From an uncultured Acidimicrobiales bacterium (GTDB taxonomy: Bacteria > Actinomycetota > Acidimicrobiia > Acidimicrobiales > CAVXTF01), in the NCBI GenBank assembly GCA_963701375.1, contig CAVOZT010000005.1:393601-457600 (forward strand): 64,000 nt of DNA. The letters are read 5' to 3'. The translations under genes and the position numbers were made by a program. How positions within the stretch are numbered: the first letter of the stretch is position 1; the number at the start of each line of letters is the position of its first letter. This document shows positions 26,085 through 36,183 of this stretch, one piece after another. The notes under the pieces were generated by a model. The model was not told where the DNA came from. It ran no database searches and saw only the letters and a program-made list of their open reading frames with translations.

Positions 26085-27275
26085 CTATGCGGTGACAGGA
26101 TCGAAGAGAACGCGCAGGCTCGGCGGCGACCTGAAAGGGATCCCCTCGACCTTGGGCGGGTCGGCGTCGGGATCGAGGCGGAGGTTGGGAAGCCGCTCGA
26201 GGACGGCACTCACGCCGACACGCAGCTCGAGCCGGGCAAGGTGCATGCCCAGGCATTGGTGGCGACCCGTCCCGAAAGCGATGTGCGGTTTTGCGTCGCG
26301 GTCCGGGTCGAACAGTTCAGGATCCTCGTACCGGCTCTCGTCGTGGTTGGCGGATCCTGTGCAGCAGATCAAAGAGGCTCCTTTCGGCACCTTGACACCT
26401 GCGATCTCGACCGGCAAGAGCGGCTCGCGGTTCACCATCGTGACGGACGTCTCCCACCTGAGCACCTCTTCGATCACGCGGTCGATCACGGTCTCGTCGG
26501 CGAGGGCGCGGTCTTTCACTCCCGGATGGGTCAGCAGAGCGAGAAGCGTGCTCCCCATGACCCTGAACGTGGTCTCGGCACCGGCCGGCAAAAGGAGCCG
26601 CAGAAATCCGTAGACGTGCTCGTCCGAAAGTCTCTCGCCGTCGATCTCGGCGTTGACGATGTCGGACACGAGGTCGTCCTGCGCGTTGGCTCGTCTATCG
26701 GCGACGATCGGCTCCAGGTATTCGCGCATCTCGCGCGAAGCGGGCATGCTCACGCCGTAGTCCTGTGGACCCTGCGAAATTGCGAGTGCCCACTTCTGGA
26801 ACTGCTCGAAGTCTTCGACCGGCACCCCGAGCACGCCCACGATCACCTGGACCGGGTAACGGCTCGTCACGTCTTCGATGAGGTCAGCACGTCCGAGCGG
26901 GGCGATCGCGTCGAGCAGGCCGTTGATCGTCGGAGCGATCAGTTCCTCGTCCCATCTGGAGAGGGCCGACGGCCTGAAGGCCTGCGCGACCAGGGACCGG
27001 TAACGGCGGTGCTCCTCGCCGTCCATGCCGAGGATGAGCGTGCCCATCACAGGCCCCATCGTCTCGTTGTTTATGTTCGACGAGAACCTGTCCGGATCGC
27101 GAAGCACCGCCTCGACGTCGTCGTAGCGGGTGACCATCCACGTACGCCTGCCCATGGTGGCGCCGTCCACCTCGACGACCGGTTGATCGCGACGGCACTC
27201 GGCCCAGAAGCCGTAGATGTCCAGGTCCATTCCGTCGAGGGCGCCTTGCTCCGATCCACCTGATCCCTTGTCCAC
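26085..27275 (-). CDS. cytochrome P450
   Basis: 396 aa. Has the AGAETT I-helix, the ExxR motif (EEVLRWETS) and the heme loop FGTGRHQCLGMHLARLE. Confidence 0.9.
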   Translation of the reverse strand: MDKGSGGSEQGALDGMDLDIYGFWAECRRDQPVVEVDGATMGRRTWMVTRYDDVEAVLRDPDRFSSNINNETMGPVMGTLILGMDGEEHRRYRSLVAQAFRPSALSRWDEELIAPTINGLLDAIAPLGRADLIEDVTSRYPVQVIVGVLGVPVEDFEQFQKWALAISQGPQDYGVSMPASREMREYLEPIVADRRANAQDDLVSDIVNAEIDGERLSDEHVYGFLRLLLPAGAETTFRVMGSTLLALLTHPGVKDRALADETVIDRVIEEVLRWETSVTMVNREPLLPVEIAGVKVPKGASLICCTGSANHDESRYEDPELFDPDRDAKPHIAFGTGRHQCLGMHLARLELRVGVSAVLERLPNLRLDPDADPPKVEGIPFRSPPSLRVLFDPVTA

Positions 27276-27317
27276 CGGTCCTCCAGGGTCGATCTCCCGC
27301 GATGCTCCAGACTCGCA

Positions 27318-28604
27318 TTATCCGTCGTCTGCCGCAGCATCCTCTCCGAGAACCCGTGGAACCTCGCGCCGAGCGATCACGTGGACGTCGATTCCTGCCT
27401 CCGAGGCGTTGCGCAGGACGCTCCTCACGATCTCCCCGCGGGTCATCTCCTGCCACCTGCTGCGTCTCGACGATCCGAGGACGATCTGGGTGATCTGGTG
27501 GTTCCGGGCGTATTCGACGATCGCTTCGGCCGGATCGTCGGCTGCGAGCGTGTCCCACTGTGCGCCGAGATCGTTGGAAAGGTTGTGCAGCGCCTCGATC
27601 GCCCTGGCACCCGCCGCGGACACCACCGCGTCTCCGGTCACATGCACCACGTGCAACTCGGTCTTGAGCCGAGCGGCCAGCCGCGCCGCGCGCCTCAACA
27701 AGGCGTCGGTGCCGGGGGCCCCCGTCACGCAGACGAGGATCCGTTCTGTCGTCTCCCAGATGTCGGTGATGTCATGACGACGCAGGTACTCCAGGAGCGC
27801 CTCGTCGGTCTCGTCTGCGAGGAAGCGGAGAGCGAGTTCGCGCAGAGCCACGAGGTTCTCCGTTTTGAAGAAGTGGGTGAGCGCCTGAGGAACCTTGTCG
27901 CGCGGGTAGATGTTGCCGTGGAGCATGCGGCGTCTCAACTGCTCCGGGGAGGAGTCGACGAGCTCGATCTGGTCGGCTGAGCGAACCACCCAGTCGGGGA
28001 CGCGCTCGCGCACTGCGACTCCCGAGATCCGCTCGACTGCGTCGGCCAGGCTCTCCAGGTGCTGGATGTTCACGGTGGTTATCACCGAGATCCCCGCCTC
28101 TATCAATTCGAGCACGTCCTGCCATCGCTTCTCGTGACGCCCCGAACCGGGAACATTGGTGTGGGCGAGTTCGTCCACGAGGGCTACCGTCGGCTTGCGC
28201 GCGAGTACTGCGTCGAGGTCCATCTCCTCGAAGGTGGCGCCCCGGTACTCGACGACGCGTCTCGGGGCCGTCTCGAAACCTAAGCACATCTCCAAGGTGT
28301 GTTCCCGGCCGTGGCTTTCGACGAAGCCGATAACGATGTCGGTTCCGCGCTCGAGCCGGCGCTTTCCCTCGTTCAGCATCGCGAAGGTCTTTCCGACACC
28401 TGCGACCGCACCCAGGTAGATCCTGAATCGGCCGGCAGCCTGGACGACACCGAGCGTGTCCTCGTCGACGAGGGTTGTCGGGGAGTCGGTCACATTCACA
28501 GTCTGGACCTGAGCATGTTCGCTTGCATATACGGTACCGGCCCCGGCGGTGGGTTCCGGAGCCGGTACCGTAACTTGCCCGCAGAGAGCGTCCACTTCAC
28601 TCAC
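27318..28604 (-). CDS. kdpD: KdpD N-terminal sensor domain + USP domain protein (no TM or kinase part)
   Basis: 428 aa. FRIYLGAVAGVGKTFAMLNEGKRRLERGTDIVIGFVESHGREHT is the KdpD-N Walker-like domain. It is followed by ILVCVTGAPGTDALLRRAARLAARL...QIVLGSSRRSRW (USP). It starts 13 nt downstream of kdpC on the same strand. Confidence 0.85.
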   Translation of the reverse strand: MSEVDALCGQVTVPAPEPTAGAGTVYASEHAQVQTVNVTDSPTTLVDEDTLGVVQAAGRFRIYLGAVAGVGKTFAMLNEGKRRLERGTDIVIGFVESHGREHTLEMCLGFETAPRRVVEYRGATFEEMDLDAVLARKPTVALVDELAHTNVPGSGRHEKRWQDVLELIEAGISVITTVNIQHLESLADAVERISGVAVRERVPDWVVRSADQIELVDSSPEQLRRRMLHGNIYPRDKVPQALTHFFKTENLVALRELALRFLADETDEALLEYLRRHDITDIWETTERILVCVTGAPGTDALLRRAARLAARLKTELHVVHVTGDAVVSAAGARAIEALHNLSNDLGAQWDTLAADDPAEAIVEYARNHQITQIVLGSSRRSRWQEMTRGEIVRSVLRNASEAGIDVHVIARREVPRVLGEDAAADDG

Positions 28605-28616
28605 GCAGGAGAGCGG

Positions 28617-29243
28617 TTACTTCATTCGTGCGAGTGCCTCGTTCAGCTGCAAGACGTCGATATAGCTCGAGCCGAGGAAGCCGAGCTGCGCCCCATGGTT
28701 CTGGCTCGATATGAGCGACCTCAAGGCGCCGGTCGAGATGCCGGTTGCGGCCGAGACCATCGGGATCTCCGCGATGGCATCCTGCTGAGTGATGTCCGGG
28801 TCGTAGCCGCTTCCCGAGGTGGTGACGAGGTCGGCTGTCGGGTTCACTCCACGGCTGTGCCAGTAGGCCACGAGCTCCTCGGTATAGGTCAACAGCTCTT
28901 TCGAACGTGGGCCGAGGTTGGTCTGCCCAGATCCGCCGTTCACACCGTTGGCGGTGAGGGGGTTGTCACCCGGGTGTCCGACGGGGCTCGTCTTGCCGCT
29001 GGCGTAAGGCCCTAGGTTGTCGGGGCGCCCCTGGAACACGCAACTGCCGAGGGGGTGCCCGGGACATTTCGTTTGGGACCAGTCCTGTCCGATGAGCGTC
29101 GATCCGTTTGCGGTGACGGAACCGTCGGCCTGACCGCGGAAGAACAACTGCGACACTCCGGTCCCCGCGAATGCGTAGGCGAAACCGAACAGCGCGAGGG
29201 AGAAGACCGACAGGACGACGGAACGGCGGAGGTGAGCAAGCAT
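28617..29243 (-). CDS. kdpC: K+-transporting ATPase subunit C
   Basis: 208 aa. It has an N-terminal TM helix, plus GSGYDPDITQQDAIAEIPMV and a QLNEALARM tail. Confidence 0.9.
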   Translation of the reverse strand: MLAHLRRSVVLSVFSLALFGFAYAFAGTGVSQLFFRGQADGSVTANGSTLIGQDWSQTKCPGHPLGSCVFQGRPDNLGPYASGKTSPVGHPGDNPLTANGVNGGSGQTNLGPRSKELLTYTEELVAYWHSRGVNPTADLVTTSGSGYDPDITQQDAIAEIPMVSAATGISTGALRSLISSQNHGAQLGFLGSSYIDVLQLNEALARMK

Positions 29244-29256
29244 GATCGGGTCCTTC

Positions 29257-31371
29257 TCAGTAGGCGTGGAGTGCGACGAGGATCAGGTCGATCAACTTGA
29301 TGAAGATGAACGGGACGATGATCCCGCCCACCCCGTAGATCCAGACGTTGCGCCTGAGGATCGCGGCGGACGTTGCAGCTCTGAACCTGACACCTCGTAG
29401 CGCCAGCGGGATGAGTGCCACGATCACGAGAGCGTTGAAGATCACAGCGGAGAGCACCGCGCTTTCCGGGCTGTGGAGCCTCATTATGTTGAGCGTCCCC
29501 AGCTGCGGATAGGTAGCGACGAACAGCGCCGGGATGATGGCGAAGTACTTGGCGACGTCGTTAGCTATCGAGAATGTGGTGAGCGATCCTCGGGTGATGA
29601 GCAACTGCTTGCCAATCTCCACGATGTCGATGAGCTTCGTCGGGTTGGAGTCCAGGTCGACCATGTTCCCGGCCTCCTTGGCCGCTGTCGTACCTGTGTT
29701 CATGGCGACTCCGACGTCCGCTTGTGCTAGCGCAGGTGCGTCGTTCGTCCCGTCACCGGTCATGGCGACGAGGTTCCCGCCTTCTTGCTCGGACTTGATC
29801 AGGTCCATCTTCGTCTCGGGGGTGGCCTCGGCGAGGAAGCTGTCTACGCCGGCCTCCTGGGCGATCGCGGCCGCGGTGAGGGGATTGTCTCCCGTGATCA
29901 TCACGGTGCGGATGCCCATCTGGCGCATCTCGGCGAACTTCTCCTGGATGCCCTGCTTGACGACGTCCTTGAGCTCGATCACCCCGAGTACCAGCGGGCC
30001 GTCTGCGACCACGAGCGGCGTGGAGCCTGCGCGTGCGACGCGGTCGACGATCCCTTCGAGGTCGGGCGGGACGGACCCGCCCTGTGAGACTGTCCACGTT
30101 TTCACGGAGTCGGCTGCGCCCTTTCGGATGCTCCGCCCGCCAAAGTCGAGACCCGACATCCTCGTGGTGGCCGAGAAGGGCACGAATGTGTGCTCCCCTG
30201 CGAGCTCGCGTTCGCGTATGCCGAAGCGATCCTTCGCCAGAACCACGATGGAACGCCCCTCCGGCGTCTCGTCGGCGAGGGAGGCGAGCTGGGCGGCGTC
30301 GGCCACCTCTTGTTCAGTGTGGCCGCCGACTGGAAAGAAGTCAGAGGCCATCCTGTTTCCGAGAGTGATGGTCCCGGTCTTGTCGAGCAGCAGGGTCTGG
30401 ACGTCGCCGGCGGCTTCCACGGCTCGCCCGCTCATGGCGAGCACGTTTCGCTGGACGAGACGGTCCATGCCCGCGATGCCTATCGCCGAGAGCAACGCAC
30501 CGATGGTCGTCGGGATGAGGCACACGAGTAGCGAGACGAGGATGACCACCGAAACCGTCGCACCCGAGTAGTGCCCGAACGGTTGGAGTACGACGACTAC
30601 CGGAAGAAAGACGATCGTGAGAACGGCGAGCAGAATCGTCAGGGCGATCTCGTTAGGCGTCTTCTGGCGATTCGCGCCTTCGACGAGAGTGATCATCCGG
30701 TCGAGGAAGGTCTGACCGCGCTCGGCTGTGATGCGCACGACGATGCGGTCGGAGAGAACCTTTGTCCCACCCGTCACCGCCGAGCGGTCGCCGCCCGACT
30801 CGCGGATCACAGGAGCGGACTCGCCCGTTATCGCCGACTCGTCGACCGACGCTACGCCTTCTACTATCTCGCCGTCCGAGGGGATGGCGTCGCCGGCCTC
30901 GCAGACCACCAGGTCGCCTTTTCGAAGCTCCGACGCGGCAACGCGCTCTTCTGTACCGTCGGGCAACAAACGCCGCGCTTCGGTCTCGGAGCGCATCTTG
31001 CGCAAAGTTTCCGCCTGCGCCTTGCCGCGACCCTCTGCCATCGCCTCCGCGAAGTTCGCGAACGCGACCGTCAGGAAGAGCCAGATTGTTATGGACCAGG
31101 TGAAGATGCCCGGGTGTGCGATCGCCTCGATGAGTGTGACGAAGCTGCCCACCAGGACGACGAACATGACCGGGTTCCTAACCTGGTCGCGCGGGTTGAA
31201 TTTCTTCAGGGAGTCAATGAGTGCCTGACGGAGTATCTGGCGGTCGAACAGCCCGCGCGATTGCGCAACGCCGTGCGCAACCGTAGGTGCTGCACTCGTG
31301 GCCGACCCGCCGGACTTCATCGTGCTCGTGGTCCCGGGAACTCCGGGTCGCTCGTTTTCGTGATCGCTCAT
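29257..31371 (-). CDS. kdpB: K+-transporting P-type ATPase subunit B
   Basis: 704 aa. Contains [11 protein letters not shown] (phosphorylation site), [14 protein letters not shown] and [18 protein letters not shown]. Confidence 0.95.
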   Translation of the reverse strand: MSDHENERPGVPGTTSTMKSGGSATSAAPTVAHGVAQSRGLFDRQILRQALIDSLKKFNPRDQVRNPVMFVVLVGSFVTLIEAIAHPGIFTWSITIWLFLTVAFANFAEAMAEGRGKAQAETLRKMRSETEARRLLPDGTEERVAASELRKGDLVVCEAGDAIPSDGEIVEGVASVDESAITGESAPVIRESGGDRSAVTGGTKVLSDRIVVRITAERGQTFLDRMITLVEGANRQKTPNEIALTILLAVLTIVFLPVVVVLQPFGHYSGATVSVVILVSLLVCLIPTTIGALLSAIGIAGMDRLVQRNVLAMSGRAVEAAGDVQTLLLDKTGTITLGNRMASDFFPVGGHTEQEVADAAQLASLADETPEGRSIVVLAKDRFGIRERELAGEHTFVPFSATTRMSGLDFGGRSIRKGAADSVKTWTVSQGGSVPPDLEGIVDRVARAGSTPLVVADGPLVLGVIELKDVVKQGIQEKFAEMRQMGIRTVMITGDNPLTAAAIAQEAGVDSFLAEATPETKMDLIKSEQEGGNLVAMTGDGTNDAPALAQADVGVAMNTGTTAAKEAGNMVDLDSNPTKLIDIVEIGKQLLITRGSLTTFSIANDVAKYFAIIPALFVATYPQLGTLNIMRLHSPESAVLSAVIFNALVIVALIPLALRGVRFRAATSAAILRRNVWIYGVGGIIVPFIFIKLIDLILVALHAY

Positions 31372-33059
31372 CAGAAGAACTTCCCGTGGCTCAGTTGCTC
31401 GACTATCGGTCCCAGGGAGATGGCGGGGAAGAACGTGAGCCCGCCGATGATCACGATGACTCCGATCAGTAGTCCGACGAACATGGTGTTGTCCGTCTTG
31501 AAGGTGCCGAGTCCGGCAGGCACGATGTTCTTGGCGGCGAGTGCTCCGCCGAGCGCGAGCGCGGGCATCATGATCGCGAAGCGCCCGATGAGCATGTCGA
31601 CGGCGCCGACCACGTTGTAGAACGTGGTGTTCCCGGTCAGGCCTCCGAAAGCGGATCCGTTGTTGTTTCCCTGGGACGTGAGCCCGTAGAGGATCTCGGT
31701 GAACCCGTGCGGGCCTAAATTTAATGGGCCCACTTTGCCGGCATGTATAGACACGGCGATACCAGTGAGAATCAGCACGATCATCGGCATCACGAGCGCG
31801 CCCAGGCCTGCCAGCTTCACCTCCTTGGCCTGTATCTTCTTGCCTAGGAACTCCGGCGTTCGCCCGATCATGAGGCCGCCTATGAACACGGCGATGATGG
31901 CGTATATCAAGATCGTATAGAGACCGCTCCCCGTTCCACCTGGGGTGACCTCACCGAGCATCATTCCGGTGAGAAGTCCGAAGCCGCCGATCGGGGTGAA
32001 CGAGTCGTAGGACGCATCTGCCGAACCCGTCGAAGTGTTCGTCGACGCCACCCCGAACAGTCCGGTGGTGGTGTCGCCGAAGCGAACCTCTTTACCTTCG
32101 GTGTTGCCGACCGTGGAGGTGACACCGGCTGTGACTACGGCGGGGTTCTGCGTGTGCTCGGCGTAGCTGGTGAACCCCACCCAAAGCCCGAAGATGAGCG
32201 CCATTGCGGCAAGGAGTGCAGCTCCGTGCCGGATGCTCCCCACCATCTTCCCGAAGGTGTAGGTAAGGGCGAACGGTATGGACAACAACAGGTAGATGGA
32301 CAGCCAATTGGTGAGCGCGGTCGGGTTCTCGAATGTGGTCGCGGAGTTGGCATTCAAGAAACCCCCGCCATTTGTGCCGAGCTGCTTGATCGCCTCCATG
32401 AACCCGATCGGTCCCCGTGCGATGCACTGGGACACGCCGTTCATTGCGTCGTGGATGCAGACGGGGCCTGCGAAGGTCTCGACGGCTCCTTGAGCGACGA
32501 AGATGATTCCGAACAAGAACGCGGCGGGGAGAAGGATGTAGAGCATGCAGCGCGTCACGTCCACCCAGAAGTTCCCGATCGTCGGTGAATGGCGGCGCTG
32601 GAACCCGCGCACCATGGCGATGGCAACTGCGATGCCTACTGCCGGGCTCACGAACTGCTGGACGGTAAGAGCACCGACCTGGGAGAAGTACGACATCGTC
32701 GTCTCCCCCCCGTAGTTCTGCCAGTTCGTGTTGGTGAGGAACGAGGCGGCCGTGTTGAAGCTCAGCGCCGGCGGGACGTTGCTCTGGCTCTGCGGATTGA
32801 GTGGGAGGTGCCCCTGGATCCGTAGGAGGAGGTACGTGACCCCGAACGACACGGCGGAAAAGATGATGAGGGAGCCCGCGTAACGCTTCCACGTCTGCTC
32901 CTGTTCGGGAGAGGTGCCGAGCGCCCTGTAGACCGGCCGCTCCGCCCAACCGAGGAAGTGCACCCTGCCGTCGAAGACAGCGGCCATGTAAGAGCCGAGG
33001 TACCTCCAAGTGAGGCCCAGGGCGATTACGAGTGTGACAATGGTGAAGAAGAAGCCCAT
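31371..33059 (-). CDS. kdpA: K+-transporting ATPase subunit A
   Basis: 562 aa. Contains [18 protein letters not shown] and [12 protein letters not shown] (selectivity-filter-like repeats). Its stop overlaps the kdpB start. Confidence 0.95.
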   Translation of the reverse strand: MGFFFTIVTLVIALGLTWRYLGSYMAAVFDGRVHFLGWAERPVYRALGTSPEQEQTWKRYAGSLIIFSAVSFGVTYLLLRIQGHLPLNPQSQSNVPPALSFNTAASFLTNTNWQNYGGETTMSYFSQVGALTVQQFVSPAVGIAVAIAMVRGFQRRHSPTIGNFWVDVTRCMLYILLPAAFLFGIIFVAQGAVETFAGPVCIHDAMNGVSQCIARGPIGFMEAIKQLGTNGGGFLNANSATTFENPTALTNWLSIYLLLSIPFALTYTFGKMVGSIRHGAALLAAMALIFGLWVGFTSYAEHTQNPAVVTAGVTSTVGNTEGKEVRFGDTTTGLFGVASTNTSTGSADASYDSFTPIGGFGLLTGMMLGEVTPGGTGSGLYTILIYAIIAVFIGGLMIGRTPEFLGKKIQAKEVKLAGLGALVMPMIVLILTGIAVSIHAGKVGPLNLGPHGFTEILYGLTSQGNNNGSAFGGLTGNTTFYNVVGAVDMLIGRFAIMMPALALGGALAAKNIVPAGLGTFKTDNTMFVGLLIGVIVIIGGLTFFPAISLGPIVEQLSHGKFF

Positions 33060-33081
33060 TCAGATCCCGCTTCGGGTTTCT

Positions 33082-33171
33082 CTAGAACCACTCGGGCTTG
33101 AACATCGCCACACCCAGGTAGATGAAGACGATGATCGACAATGCGAGGAGAATTCCCTGAACGGCGGTCAT
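33082..33171 (-). CDS. kdpF: K+-transporting ATPase subunit F
   Basis: Own translation gives MTAVQGILLALSIIVFIYLGVAMFKPEWF* (29 aa, single TM), immediately upstream of kdpA. It is below the ORF-track size cutoff. Confidence 0.7.
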   Translation of the reverse strand: MTAVQGILLALSIIVFIYLGVAMFKPEWF

Positions 33172-33251
33172 ACCCGATCGAGTGCCCATATCAGGCCGAG
33201 CATCGCCGCTGCGAACACGACGATCCCGACGACGGAGAGAAAATCAGCCAT
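33168..33251 (-). CDS. second 27-aa hydrophobic peptide, ATGA-coupled to kdpF
   Basis: Own translation gives MADFLSVVGIVVFAAAMLGLIWALDRV*. Its stop overlaps the kdpF ATG (gtATGAcc). Confidence 0.4.
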   Translation of the reverse strand: MADFLSVVGIVVFAAAMLGLIWALDRV

Positions 33252-33274
33252 GAACCTGAGTGTGACCTGTGTCT

Positions 33275-33323
33275 CGTGAAAACGGTGTCTACGAGCGCGA
33301 GTAACGCGTGAAAAGAGCGTGAA
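33275..33323. promoter_or_regulatory. candidate KdpE operator in the kdpF / kdpD-kdpE divergent promoter region
   Basis: GCGTGAA occurs at 33306-33312 and 33317-33323 (11-bp phasing). A third CGTGAAAA lies at 33275-33282. These sit 25-75 nt upstream of the first kdp small ORF. OmpR-family regulators bind phased direct repeats. Confidence 0.3.
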
Positions 33324-33397
33324 TGGGCGGCCCCGGTACTCTGTCCGGTAGCGGATTTGAGCTTGAACACGGTGGTCAGTAGACCGGAGAGAGCAGG

Positions 33398-34876
33398 ATG
33401 ATCTCGGTTCGTCGCAGTGTCACGGGGTCATCGGTTGCGGTGGTACTCATCGCAGTCCTGACCGGGGTCATGGTCCCGTTCCGCGACCATCTCGCCGTTG
33501 CGACGCCTGGCCTCGTTCTCATCCTCCCCGTAGTCGTGGGCACGATGGTTGGCGGACTCGCGGCGGGATTGGTGGCCGTCGTCGTCGGATCCGTCGTCTA
33601 CGACCTGGTTTTCATCCCTCCCTACGGGACGCTCGCGGTAGCGCACGCTCAGTACTGGTTCACGCTTGCCGTCTACGCGGTCGTGATGTTGATAGTCGTC
33701 CGTCTGGTCAATGCGCTCGACTTAGCCCGGGCAGACGCAGTCGTGCACGAGACGGAGGCGAGGCGGCTCTTCGAGCTTTCGGAGCTTCTGGTACAGGACC
33801 GCACGGTTGCCGACCTGGTGCAGACCATCGTCGTGACGGTTCGTTCGGTGTTCGGAACACGCGGGGTGGCTCTTCTGCTGCCGGTAGACGACCGCCTGGA
33901 GGTGGTGGCCTCCTCGGGCGAACCGTTTTCGGACAGCGAGCTCAAAGCGCTCGCATCGTCTTCGGGGCTGCCGGTAGGGCTCGGCACGAACATGCAGGGT
34001 GGTGACGAGCCTCGCGCCGTCGCCCTCAGCACTCCCGGTGGTCCTGTCGGTCTCCTGGTCCTTCACAACGTCCCCGGTGCACTCCACGACCGCGAGCTGC
34101 TCATGACGTTCGCAAACCACCTCGCGTTGGCTCTGGAACGCGCACAGCTGCGCCAGACCGCGCTTCACGTAGACACGCTCGAAGAGGTCGACAGGCTGCG
34201 GCGGTCACTTGTAAGTGCCGTCTCGCACGACCTGCGTACCCCGCTTGCGACCATCAAGATCGCCATATCCAGTCTGCTCGATTCCGACTCGAAGCTTTCG
34301 GCCTCAGATCGGAGCGAGATGCTCGCTCTCGTCGAGGGCCAGGCCGATCGTCTCGACAGGCTTGTGACCAATCTTCTCGACATGACCCGAATCCAGGCGG
34401 GAGCGCTCGAACCGCGTCACCAGGCGGCGGGATTGGACGAGATCATCGATGACGCAGTCGGGGCCCTTGGTCCCGCAAACGGGCCGGCCAACCTTCACGT
34501 CGATCTGCCCGACGACCTACCGCTCGTCGACGTCGACAGAGTTCTCATCGGTCAGGCGCTCGCAAACCTGCTCGAGAACGCCGCAAGGTTCGCGCCTGAC
34601 GGCACGCCGGTGACCGTGCGCGCCGTCTCCACACCAACCACTGTGCGGGTGAGTGTGGAGGACCAGGGTCCTGGCGTCCCCCCCTCCGACCGCGAGGGGC
34701 TCTTCGAAATGTTCAGCCGCCGTGACGCAGGTGGACGCGCCGGTCTCGGTCTCGCGATCGCAAAGGCCTTCGTGGAAGCCCACGGCAAGCACATTTGGCT
34801 CGAGGAATCCCCGTCGGGGGGCGCCCGTTTCGCATTCGATCTTCCAAGAGCGACATCACTCGTGGCGGCTTCGTGA
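33398..34876 (+). CDS. kdpD: sensor histidine kinase, KdpD C-terminal half (DUF4118 TM domain + GAF-like + HisKA + HATPase)
   Basis: 492 aa. It starts directly with 4 TM helices, then has the H-box SAVSHDLRTPLATIK, the N-box LANLLENAARFAP and the G-box AGGRAGLGLAIAKAFVEAHGG. Confidence 0.85.
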   Translation: MISVRRSVTGSSVAVVLIAVLTGVMVPFRDHLAVATPGLVLILPVVVGTMVGGLAAGLVAVVVGSVVYDLVFIPPYGTLAVAHAQYWFTLAVYAVVMLIVVRLVNALDLARADAVVHETEARRLFELSELLVQDRTVADLVQTIVVTVRSVFGTRGVALLLPVDDRLEVVASSGEPFSDSELKALASSSGLPVGLGTNMQGGDEPRAVALSTPGGPVGLLVLHNVPGALHDRELLMTFANHLALALERAQLRQTALHVDTLEEVDRLRRSLVSAVSHDLRTPLATIKIAISSLLDSDSKLSASDRSEMLALVEGQADRLDRLVTNLLDMTRIQAGALEPRHQAAGLDEIIDDAVGALGPANGPANLHVDLPDDLPLVDVDRVLIGQALANLLENAARFAPDGTPVTVRAVSTPTTVRVSVEDQGPGVPPSDREGLFEMFSRRDAGGRAGLGLAIAKAFVEAHGKHIWLEESPSGGARFAFDLPRATSLVAAS

Positions 34877-35565
34877 GAGAAAAGCCCCGCGTGCTCGTCG
34901 TGGACGATGACCGCGCACTTCTACGCGCGTTGAGCGTCGGGCTCTCCTCTCATGGTTACGAGGTTGTGACGGCAAGCGACGGATCAAGCGGCATTACCCA
35001 TACCGCGCTAGACGAGCCGGATGTCGTGCTTCTGGACCTTGGCCTCCCGGACATCGACGGCCTCGATGTCTGCAGTCGCATCCGGCAGTGGACCGACGTA
35101 CCGGTCATCGTGCTTTCAGCCGCGGGCAGCGAGCAGCGCAAGGTCTCCGCGTTGGACGGGGGTGCGGACGACTACGTGACGAAGCCGTTCGGCATGGCCG
35201 AGCTCGAGGCGCGCATCCGCGCGGCATTGCGGCACCGCTCGAAACCCGATTCCAAGAACGAGGAAACGGAGCTCGACGTCGGCGTCATCCACATCGACCT
35301 CGTGCACCACGAGGCTCGCGTCTCCGGCAAGCTCGTCGAGCTCACCAGCAAGGAATTCGACATCCTCGCGTTCTTGGCGCGGCACGCCGGCAGGCTGTGC
35401 ACCCAACGCATGATCCTCGAGCAGGTCTGGGGCGCGGGCTACGGAACCGAGTCGCAGTATCTGCGTGTCTATGTCTACAGATTGAGGCGCAAGCTCGGTA
35501 AGGAGGGTGGGCGACTGCTTCGCACGTCTCCCGGGGTGGGCTACACGTTGGGCGACCCCGTCTGA
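34873..35565 (+). CDS. kdpE: OmpR-family response regulator KdpE
   Basis: The GTG at 34873 overlaps the kdpD stop (GTGA). Sequence VLVVDDDRALLRAL...DVVLLDLGLPDIDG...YVTKPF is followed by a winged helix (LTSKEFDILAFLARHAGRLCTQRMILEQVWG). Confidence 0.9.
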   Translation: MREKPRVLVVDDDRALLRALSVGLSSHGYEVVTASDGSSGITHTALDEPDVVLLDLGLPDIDGLDVCSRIRQWTDVPVIVLSAAGSEQRKVSALDGGADDYVTKPFGMAELEARIRAALRHRSKPDSKNEETELDVGVIHIDLVHHEARVSGKLVELTSKEFDILAFLARHAGRLCTQRMILEQVWGAGYGTESQYLRVYVYRLRRKLGKEGGRLLRTSPGVGYTLGDPV

Positions 35566-36089
35566 GTTCCGCTGACGTCCTCGCGAACAATGCCGTAAAT
35601 GAAGCTACTGCGCCACCGCCCATCCCGGAAGTGCGTACCCCGAAGTCGACCTTCCTGGCTGAACCCGCTCCGCTCGAGCGCCCGTTGCTCGGCGATGTTC
35701 TCGACCTCTGTAGCAGCCCAAACCCGGAATGCGCTCGTCGTCGAGAACAGATACTCGACCAGCAGCCGCTGCGAGGCGGCACCGGCACCGCGGCCGCGAA
35801 ACTCGGGGACGATCAGCACTCCGATCTCCCAGGCCCCTGGCCCGGGACGCTCGGTCTCGCGCCAGTCAACCCAACCGACGAGCACGTCGTCGTCGACGGT
35901 GACGACGGCGAGGCAATAGGGGCTCGACCCGAGCAGCCCGTCGTGTTCCCAGCGCTGCCGGTAGCGGCCCGACTGTTTGAACCCGGTCCACTCGAACGGC
36001 TCCGACAACGCAGGATCAGTGGCGAAACGATCGAACAGCTCCAGGTCGGGCTCGGCGAAGGGGCGAAGCCGCACGGGCAACCGGTCCAT
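35541..36089 (-). CDS. GNAT family N-acetyltransferase
   Basis: ATG at 36089 inside ORF 35541..36152. Contains IGVLIVPEFRGRGAGAASQRLLVEYLF and ENIAEQRALERSGFSQEGRLR. Confidence 0.75.
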   Translation of the reverse strand: MDRLPVRLRPFAEPDLELFDRFATDPALSEPFEWTGFKQSGRYRQRWEHDGLLGSSPYCLAVVTVDDDVLVGWVDWRETERPGPGAWEIGVLIVPEFRGRGAGAASQRLLVEYLFSTTSAFRVWAATEVENIAEQRALERSGFSQEGRLRGTHFRDGRWRSSFIYGIVREDVSGTQTGSPNV

Positions 36090-36183
36090 GCAGCATTCTC
36101 GCGCCGCACTCCCTTCACCCCATCGAAAGAGTCCGCATCGGAGGTGCCGCACTCACCGAAGTCAAAAGCGCTGGACGAGAAGT

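Noticed and set aside
33252-33397. A possible c-di-AMP (ydaO-type) riboswitch or other structured leader upstream of the kdp operon.
   Set aside because: Only 146 nt are shared with a divergent promoter. I could not find the conserved pseudo-symmetric helices or ACGGGGA-type cores. A covariance-model scan would be needed to exclude it fully.
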